Part shown: one piece after another, positions 1 to 4,041 of the stretch
Numbering within the stretch: the first letter of the stretch is position 1
Layout: the number at the start of each line of letters is the position of its first letter
NCBI RefSeq assembly: GCF_001598795.1
Contig: NZ_BCZP01000053.1
Location: forward strand, 1-7,581
Source of the DNA: Delftia acidovorans NBRC 14950
GTDB lineage: Bacteria; Pseudomonadota; Gammaproteobacteria; Burkholderiales; Burkholderiaceae_C
Length of the DNA stretch: 7,581 nucleotides
Direction of reading: 5' to 3'
The notes under the pieces: generated by a model
Databases searched by the model: none
What the model was told of the DNA's origin: nothing
Seen by the model: only the letters and a program-made list of their open reading frames with translations
Made by a program: the position numbers and the translations under genes

Positions 1-120
1 CCTGCTGGCGTGCTGTGCTGCCAGGGCATAGGCGTCGGCCAGCGCGAAGGCGTGCCGCAGCGCGTAGTGCCAATCGCTGGCCCAGCGGTGGTCGCGGTCA
101 GCGGTGGCAGATGACGACAT
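1..120 (-). CDS. Hypothetical protein, N-terminal 40 codons only (continues past the left edge)
   Basis: Not in the ORF track because it has no stop in the window. ATG is at 120-118, with GGAG 9 nt upstream on the minus strand. Translation is MSSSATADRDHRWASDWHYALRHAFALADAYALAAQHASR with strongly G/C-biased third positions. The frame fits position 1 exactly. Confidence 0.5.
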   Translation of the reverse strand, partial: MSSSATADRDHRWASDWHYALRHAFALADAYALAAQHASR

Positions 121-226
121 AGGGCCGGTCTCCAAATTGCTCCAGCGCCCAGGCGCATGCGTCTTGCGTGCAGGCGCCGACGAATTGCTGCTGCGTGCAG
201 CCGCATTTGATGGTGAAGGTGCGCAT
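98..226 (-). CDS. Small Cys-rich hypothetical protein (42 aa)
   Basis: This is the C-terminal part of track ORF 98..499; the upstream part of that ORF reads as junk. ATG is at 226-224, preceded by GGAG with a 4-nt spacer. Roughly 80 percent of third codon positions are G/C. The sequence MRTFTIKCGCTQQQFVGACTQDACAWALEQFGDRPYVVICHR has 5 Cys. It overlaps the next gene's start by 23 nt. Confidence 0.5.
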   Translation of the reverse strand: MRTFTIKCGCTQQQFVGACTQDACAWALEQFGDRPYVVICHR

Positions 227-239
227 AGGGCTCCAGTGA

Positions 240-480
240 TCAGAGGGTTGGCAGTTCCAGCGGGATCTGCTGGAGCTTGGTTGCGGCAGGCGCATCTGCG
301 GTGCTGGTCTTGCGGGTGCGGCGCTTGGGTGGAGTGGCCGCCTCCGCAGCGCTGGCCAGCTGCTCGCGCGCCCTGGCGAAGGTCTGGGCCACGTTGGTGT
401 GCTCGCTGCGGCGGTAGACAAAGGCCTGATCGGTGATCGGTGATCGGCGTGGAGGGGCGGGTGATGCGGGCGAGTTGCAT
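240..480 (-). pseudogene. Small hypothetical gene disrupted by a +7 frameshift in a heptamer repeat
   Basis: ATG is at 480-478, with GGAG 6 nt upstream, and opens a high-GC3 frame (MQLARITRPSTPITD). After the repeat at 427-447 the high-GC3 signal moves to another frame (QAFVYRRSEHTNVAQTFARAREQLASAAEAATPPKRRTRKTSTADAPAATKLQQIPLELPTL, stop at 242-240). Removing one 7-nt unit joins the two into a 77-aa ORF. That ORF ends 13 nt before the SD and ATG of the next gene. Confidence 0.5.
427..447. repeat. Perfect tandem heptamer (TGATCGG)x3 carrying three GATC sites
   Basis: Read directly: tgatcgg tgatcgg tgatcgg at 427-433, 434-440 and 441-447. Confidence 0.95.
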
Positions 481-498
481 GTGGGTCTCCGGCATGCA

Positions 499-524
499 AA
501 CGGCCCGCTCAGTGGCGGGCCGTT
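499..524 (-). terminator. GC-rich 10-bp hairpin, possible weak intrinsic terminator or attenuator within the leftward operon
   Basis: AACGGCCCGC (499-508) pairs perfectly with GCGGGCCGTT (515-524) around a 6-nt loop. On the minus-strand RNA the stem is followed by only about 3 U. The stop codon of the upstream gene (511-509) sits in the loop. Confidence 0.35.
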
Positions 525-760
525 GGTTGGTCAAAGAAGGTGGTGCCGCACCAGGCGTAGAGCAGCATTCCGCTGTGCCTGGCCTCGTCCAGTGCCGCAT
601 ATCCCGCGTCGCTCAGCAGCGCGCATGCGCTCCAGATCAGCGGGTGGCCGGCGCCCTCGCGCTCCATCACGGCGCCTTCGGCCAGGTCGCGGAAGTAGGT
701 GGCCAGCCAGAACGGCCCGGCAGGAGTTGGCTGCGGTGTCTCGGGATAGGGAGGGCTCAT
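509..760 (-). CDS. Hypothetical protein, paralogue A of a tandem pair (83 aa; alternative start at 775)
   Basis: ATG at 760-758 overlaps the stop of the upstream paralogue in an ATGA arrangement. It shares the motifs PYP, FWLAxYFRDLAE and GMLLYAWxGT with the neighbouring gene. Confidence 0.6.
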   Translation of the reverse strand: MSPPYPETPQPTPAGPFWLATYFRDLAEGAVMEREGAGHPLIWSACALLSDAGYAALDEARHSGMLLYAWCGTTFFDQPTARH

Positions 761-1098
761 GGCTGGTCTGGGCATGCCTCGAAATACCTCGTCCCAGACC
801 AGGCGTAGAGCAGCATCCCGTCATCCCGGGTTCGTGCTGCAGACGCACTCGTCTCATCTGTCTGCTTGGTGCGGGCTCCGTAGAGAGCAAGTTGGGTAAC
901 GTTGTCCGTGCCGGGGCCGCGCTTTGCGTGGCTGCGTTTGCAGAGCTGATCCAAGGCTGCGGTTTCCGCCAGATCCCGGAAATAGGCGGCGAGCCAGAAA
1001 GCTGGGTGATGTGTGCCAGGGGATTTCGGGTAGGGCATGCTCAGATGCTCGGCCTTTGGCTTGCGAGGTGGGCGACGCGGTGGGATGGCATTTGCCAT
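757..1098 (-). CDS. Hypothetical protein, paralogue B of a tandem pair (113 aa; alternative starts at 1038 or 1221)
   Basis: ATG at 1098-1096 is preceded by GGAG with a 7-nt spacer. It contains MPYPKSPGTHHPAFWLAAYFRDLAE and DGMLLYAWSGTRYF, matching paralogue A. The 5' extension to 1221 in the track translates to a low-quality peptide. Confidence 0.55.
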   Translation of the reverse strand: MANAIPPRRPPRKPKAEHLSMPYPKSPGTHHPAFWLAAYFRDLAETAALDQLCKRSHAKRGPGTDNVTQLALYGARTKQTDETSASAARTRDDGMLLYAWSGTRYFEACPDQP

Positions 1099-1267
1099 GG
1101 CAGATCTCCAGTGGTAGACGAAGAAAAGGGCCGGTGCCGCGTGGCGGCTGCGTGGGCGAGATGGCTGGTGGTTGCGAAGAGAGAAACCCAGGCCCGGCGA
1201 AAAAGAAGGCCGCATGTGCATCCAAAGGCGGGTGCTTGAGAGGGCGGAGGCGCGGCGTCAAACCGAA

Positions 1268-1316
1268 GCGCCCTGCAACCCAAGACGCTTGGGTTTGCCC
1301 TGCGTTGCGCAGGGCG
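1268..1316. other. Twin perfect hairpins with an alternative long-range pairing (possible structured RNA or regulatory element)
   Basis: Hairpin 1 is AACCCAAG-acg-CTTGGGTT (1277-1295) and hairpin 2 is GCCCTGC-gttgc-GCAGGGC (1297-1315). A second copy, CGCCCTGC (1269-1276), can pair instead with GCAGGGCG (1309-1316). The two pairings are mutually exclusive. Confidence 0.35.
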
Positions 1317-1406
1317 GGCGCGCTGCTGGCGGTCAGCCCGACAGCCGGCAGTGCTTCAGCCATTACCCGCCATGGCTGCGGTGTGTGGGCGCCTCGAAGA
1401 ACGAGG

Positions 1407-1634
1407 TCATCCCCTGGCGGTCGTTGTCACGCGCTCAGTGAAATCGGCCACGCTGGGCCGCAAGGGGGTTTTCAGGTCTTCGCGCCGCAGCTCCAGTGAT
1501 TGGAGTGGGCGCCTGCCGGCCTGGGCGAAAGCAGGGCTCCGATGGCAGCCCCATGCTTCACAGCGTGGGGTGCTGGTCTTGTTTATTTCGCAGGGCGAGA
1601 GTGGTCGATAGATGGTCTGGGCTGAGCCAGCCAC
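1407..1634 (-). CDS. Doubtful hypothetical ORF (75 aa, GTG start)
   Basis: It is the only sizeable minus-strand ORF between the leftward promoter and paralogue B. Third-position G/C is only moderate, there is no convincing SD, and the peptide is unremarkable. It may be non-coding. Confidence 0.25.
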   Translation of the reverse strand: MAGSAQTIYRPLSPCEINKTSTPRCEAWGCHRSPAFAQAGRRPLQSLELRREDLKTPLRPSVADFTERVTTTARG

Positions 1635-1689
1635 AGTCTTGTGCCACTCTCTTTTTAAGGACCGGCGCGAGCCCGGCCGATGCCGTGGT

Positions 1690-1717
1690 GCCCAACGCGA
1701 TCAAAGATGCGTTGGGC
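1690..1717 (-). other. 9-bp perfect hairpin at the predicted 5' end of the leftward transcript
   Basis: GCCCAACGC (1690-1698) pairs with GCGTTGGGC (1709-1717) around a 10-nt loop. It lies immediately downstream (leftward) of the -10 element at 1725-1720. Confidence 0.4.
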
Positions 1718-1719
1718 GA

Positions 1720-1748
1720 ACTTTACTAAGAACTAAAGTGACGGTCAA
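1720..1748 (-). promoter_or_regulatory. Leftward early promoter (PL-like): TTGACC-N17-TAAAGT
   Basis: The minus strand reads TTGACC (1748-1743), a 17-nt spacer, then TAAAGT (1725-1720). The hexamers and spacing are identical to the rightward promoter at 2948-2976. The promoter sits in an AT-rich tract at the boundary of the immunity cassette. Confidence 0.55.
1721..1738. promoter_or_regulatory. Operator-like 18-mer (OL candidate) CTTTACTAAGAACTAAAG
   Basis: It matches the palindrome at 2958-2975 at 14 of 18 positions, and both are followed by TGA. One arm coincides with the -10 of the leftward promoter. Confidence 0.5.
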
Positions 1749-1761
1749 CAAAAAGCTAAAG

Positions 1762-1777
1762 AAATCTTGAGAGATTT
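1762..1777. promoter_or_regulatory. AT-rich palindrome AAATCT-tgag-AGATTT (second operator, or weak terminator of the repressor-lipoprotein transcript)
   Basis: It has perfect 6-bp arms. On the minus strand it is followed by a T-rich run (ctttagctttttg). It lies between the lipoprotein stop and the leftward promoter. Confidence 0.3.
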
Positions 1778-1813
1778 GTAAACATTGCTTGAGACCGGGG
1801 GGCAGCTGCGAGG

Positions 1814-2239
1814 CTAGCCGGTGCAGGCTTCGTAGATCCCGAGGCTGCGCGCGTCAGCTTGGCTGGAAGATGTTTGGTCTATGAGCGCAGCTTCAGATGT
1901 TGCGGCGAACCGCTTGAAGCCGGTGAACCCGCCGTATGAGTTTTTCCCATTGACCTCGCCACACACCACTGCACCTTCTTGGAAGGCAACTAGGCGAACG
2001 TTTCTGAACTGAGCGCTCTGAGGGTCTTTCAGGGCATTCGATACAGCTGTTTTAGCGGAGGAAATTAAATCTTCTTCCGAATGACCAGAATACAAATAGT
2101 CTCGGTTAAACAAGGCATAGCCGCCGACTATCTTTAAAGATATCTGACGTTCGTGAAGATATGGGTCATATTGAGGGGCTGTCACGCAGCCGGCCATAAG
2201 TGCAGCCATCAAAGATGCCGTTACAGTGATGCCCCTCAT
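1814..2239 (-). CDS. Prophage-encoded lipoprotein (141 aa), co-transcribed with the repressor
   Basis: The N-terminus MRGITVTASLMAALMAGC is a signal peptide with a lipobox Cys. GGAGA lies 4 nt before the ATG. The gap to the repressor stop is only 10 nt. The codon usage is low-GC, like the repressor's. Confidence 0.85.
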   Translation of the reverse strand: MRGITVTASLMAALMAGCVTAPQYDPYLHERQISLKIVGGYALFNRDYLYSGHSEEDLISSAKTAVSNALKDPQSAQFRNVRLVAFQEGAVVCGEVNGKNSYGGFTGFKRFAATSEAALIDQTSSSQADARSLGIYEACTG

Positions 2240-2249
2240 GGTATCTCCG

Positions 2250-2909
2250 TTAGAAAATTAAAGAGTCTTGTCCCACGCTGCCAGCAACGCGCTCAATGCA
2301 CTCAACGTCTGAGCGCATCAACGTCATCGGCTCATACCTGTTATTGATGCTGACTAGTTGCAGCTCATCGTCCCGTATCCAGTTGAGCTGTTTTAGGAGA
2401 CACTTTCCATCAGTCAGTTTGACAACGACGTCCATGCCTGGCTGCGATTCTATGCTTGGGGTCACAATTACATATTCGCCCGCCCTATACCGTGGGTGCA
2501 TTGAATCGCCCTTGATTCTTAATGCGAAGGCGCGGGGGTCTTGTGTCCAGAAATCAACCCAGCCATCAATTCCGTTGTCTTGAATGAGGTAGCCATCATC
2601 GCCCCCTCGGACGGCGCCTGTTACGGGGACACGACGAGGCTTTTTTTCGTTGGCCGCTGGGATGGGGCTGTTGTCATCTTCTGGTTTAGTCGCAAAACCA
2701 TCCTCGAAGTAGCGTTCGCCCAGTCGCAGCTCGTTTGCAATGTTGCGTGCAGACCTCTCGCCAAAGCTCTTGGCTGGGTCAAGGAGTTGAGAGATGCGAC
2801 CCTCGCTGACTCCTGCGGCGCGCGAAAACTCCACCTGGCTCCCTCTGTAGGGGGGTGAGTCGATCAGTGCCCGTAGGCGCTGTTTCCGATGCTGCGTCAG
2901 TTCGTCCAT
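2250..2909 (-). CDS. CI/LexA-type phage repressor (N-terminal XRE-type HTH, C-terminal S24 peptidase)
   Basis: The HTH region is QVEFSRAAGVSEGRISQLL. The S24 catalytic signatures are GDSMHP (Ser) and VVVKL (Lys). It lies divergent to a Cro-like gene across a 70-bp operator region. Confidence 0.95.
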   Translation of the reverse strand: MDELTQHRKQRLRALIDSPPYRGSQVEFSRAAGVSEGRISQLLDPAKSFGERSARNIANELRLGERYFEDGFATKPEDDNSPIPAANEKKPRRVPVTGAVRGGDDGYLIQDNGIDGWVDFWTQDPRAFALRIKGDSMHPRYRAGEYVIVTPSIESQPGMDVVVKLTDGKCLLKQLNWIRDDELQLVSINNRYEPMTLMRSDVECIERVAGSVGQDSLIF

Positions 2910-2945
2910 GTTTAGGAAATGGTAAACAATCCGAGTTTAGGAAAT
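2910..2945. promoter_or_regulatory. Two direct 11-bp repeats GTTTAGGAAAT in the repressor/cro intergenic region (operator or maintenance-promoter region)
   Basis: The copies lie at 2910-2920 and 2935-2945, 25 bp apart. GTAAACA (2922-2928) recurs at 1778-1784 near the leftward promoter. A TAAACT -10-like hexamer for the repressor strand lies at 2939-2934. Confidence 0.4.
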
Positions 2946-2947
2946 TG

Positions 2948-2976
2948 TTGACCCTATCTTTAGAATGATCTAAAGT
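2948..2976 (+). promoter_or_regulatory. Rightward early promoter (PR-like): TTGACC-N17-TAAAGT
   Basis: TTGACC is at 2948-2953 and TAAAGT at 2971-2976, with a 17-nt spacer. The predicted start site is about 2983, which is the A of the cro-like ATG. Confidence 0.6.
2958..2975. promoter_or_regulatory. Operator palindrome (OR candidate) CTTTAGA-atga-TCTAAAG
   Basis: It has perfect 7-bp inverted arms and overlaps the spacer and -10 of the rightward promoter. It is related to the 18-mer at 1721-1738. Confidence 0.55.
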
Positions 2977-2982
2977 GAGGTG

Positions 2983-3210
2983 ATGGAACTCAAGACTTGG
3001 CTTACTGCAGAGCGTGGCCGTTCGACGGCCTTGTCGGCTCATCTGTCTGTCACCTTGGGGCGCATCACCCAGATGGCTGATGAGGGCGTTCCTGCGAAGT
3101 ACATGCTTGCTGTTCGTGACTTCTCCTGTGGGGCTGTGACGCTGGAGGAGATGTTGGCGCCCAAAGATGTGCGTCGTGCGACGAGCAGCGGCGGGGTGGC
3201 GCATGTTTGA
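2983..3210 (+). CDS. Cro/YdaS-like small HTH regulator (75 aa; alternative GTG start at 2980)
   Basis: MELKTWLTAERGRSTALSAHLSVTLGRITQMADEGVPAKYMLAVRDFSCGAVTLEEML resembles the YdaS/Cro-type single-domain HTH pattern. It is divergent from the repressor. Confidence 0.85.
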   Translation: MELKTWLTAERGRSTALSAHLSVTLGRITQMADEGVPAKYMLAVRDFSCGAVTLEEMLAPKDVRRATSSGGVAHV

Positions 3211-3234
3211 CGCCCTTGCTGGATGGTCTTCTGT

Positions 3235-3483
3235 TCATCTTGTCACTCTTGCAGAGATGCTTCGCAGCTGTGCAATCACTTCCGGTGCCGCGCTCCCTGT
3301 CTCCTGCATGCGCTGGCAGCACAGTTCGCTCCAGCGGGCCAACGCGCCCGCGCTGAAACCGGCTCGGCCTTCGCCTTCCAGGACTTCGATCATCTGGCCC
3401 AGGAACAGCTCCAGGGCCTGCGCCCATTGGGGGCTGCCGATGTTGTCTGCTGTGGGCGTTGCGGGTGTTGTGCTGTGGGTCAT
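3235..3483 (-). CDS. Hypothetical small acidic protein (82 aa), opposite in orientation to the surrounding operon
   Basis: The peptide MTHSTTPATPTADNIGSPQWAQALELFLGQMIEVLEGEGRAGFSAGALARWSELCCQRMQETGSAAPEVIAQLRSISARVTR looks helical and protein-like. Its third-position G/C is higher than that of the codon-aligned plus frame, which reads as Cys-rich junk. The SD is weak and no promoter was found. Confidence 0.4.
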   Translation of the reverse strand: MTHSTTPATPTADNIGSPQWAQALELFLGQMIEVLEGEGRAGFSAGALARWSELCCQRMQETGSAAPEVIAQLRSISARVTR

Positions 3484-3510
3484 GTCGATGGCTCGCAAGG
3501 GGTTGTGCTG

Positions 3511-4041
3511 ATGAGTGCAACTTTCTCAGTTGGCATCGCCCCTGGCTATGTCGAATCCGATCCCCAAGCCGACATTGCCGCCGGCATGGATGTGCTGGAC
3601 GCAGCCTACCTGACGGCGCAGACCAGCCAGGGCGGTGTCAAGGCACTGGCCGTGCGCATGGGCATCAACGCCGGCACGCTGCAGCACAAGCTCAACACCA
3701 ACAACGAAACGCACCACCTGACCCTGCGCGAGGCTGTGCAGCTGCAGGTGGTCACGGGCAATGCGGCTGTGCTGCATGCCATGGCCAGCCAATTGGGGTA
3801 CGAGTGCCGGCGCGCCTTGCCAGACCAGGCAGAGGGTGACCCGGTGGAGGCCTTCATGCATTTCCAGTCCGCCGTGGCCGAGGTCACGCGCGCTGCAGCT
3901 GATGCGCACCGCCAGCCGTCGCGCAATGCGGTGCGGCGGCTTGACCGCCAGGTGCAGGAACTAACCGTCATGGCGCAGTACCTGGCCCGCTCGGCACAGC
4001 AGCGCCTGGCCGACACCCCTGGAGGTGGCAATGCGTATTGA
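3511..4041 (+). CDS. Phage CII-type regulatory protein (CP76 family-like), 176 aa
   Basis: The core GGVKALAVRMGINAGTLQHKLNTNNETHHLTLREAVQLQVVTGNAAVLHAMASQLG matches the remembered CP76/CII signature. ATG is at 3511, with AAGGGG 9 nt upstream. The track ORF from 3223 is an artefactual 5' extension. Confidence 0.8.
   Translation: MSATFSVGIAPGYVESDPQADIAAGMDVLDAAYLTAQTSQGGVKALAVRMGINAGTLQHKLNTNNETHHLTLREAVQLQVVTGNAAVLHAMASQLGYECRRALPDQAEGDPVEAFMHFQSAVAEVTRAAADAHRQPSRNAVRRLDRQVQELTVMAQYLARSAQQRLADTPGGGNAY

Noticed and set aside
1119-1150. Possible terminator upstream of paralogue B: GCCGC-gtg-GCGGC, with a T-rich run on the minus strand.
   Set aside because: The stem is only 5 bp, and on the minus strand 8 nt separate it from the T-run, so the geometry is not that of an intrinsic terminator.
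433-1239. 268-aa plus-strand ORF, together with overlapping ORFs 440..808, 531..890 (-), 854..1363 (-) and 924..1499 (+).
   Set aside because: Their peptides are Arg/Pro/Gly/Ala-rich and low in complexity, as is typical of off-frame or antisense reading of high-GC DNA. They overlap the better-supported minus-strand paralogue genes and lack SD sequences.
1268-1316. Possible tRNA or tRNA-like gene, given the two adjacent stems.
   Set aside because: On either strand I could find no acceptor stem, no 7-nt T-loop (TTCRANY) and no anticodon-arm geometry.
1652-1661. boxA-like sequence TCCTTAAAAA on the leftward transcript (compare lambda CGCTCTTAA), which would suggest an N-type nut site.
   Set aside because: It matches only partially. 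The nearby hairpin lies upstream rather than downstream of it, and no N-like gene was found. The evidence is too weak to call.
1496-1729. Plus-strand ORF whose last 22 residues (TGASPADAVVPNAIKDALGELY) look protein-like. I considered it as a gene remnant or the end of a host gene at an attachment site.
   Set aside because: The upstream three quarters of the ORF are junk. The good-looking tail coincides with the 9-bp palindrome, which enforces G/C-rich symmetric codons, and the region is better explained as the leftward promoter and transcript start. No integrase or att-like repeat is nearby.
2153-2858. Plus-strand ORFs 2153..2347, 2296..2583 and 2541..2858.
   Set aside because: They are antisense to the lipoprotein and S24 repressor genes, both of which have clear family signatures.
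2961-2966. TAGAAT, a near-consensus -10 hexamer, as an alternative rightward promoter.
   Set aside because: The best -35 at 17-18 bp upstream is only TTAGGA or TAGGAA. The TTGACC-N17-TAAAGT arrangement is better and is duplicated exactly at the leftward promoter. TAGAAT is part of the operator palindrome.
3223-3510. 5' extension of the cII-like ORF (the track gives 3223..4041).
   Set aside because: The extra 96 codons translate to Cys-rich junk (MVFCSSCHSCRDASQLCNHFRCR...). They are codon-aligned antisense to a better minus-strand frame. ATG 3511 has an SD and gives a length typical of CP76-type proteins.
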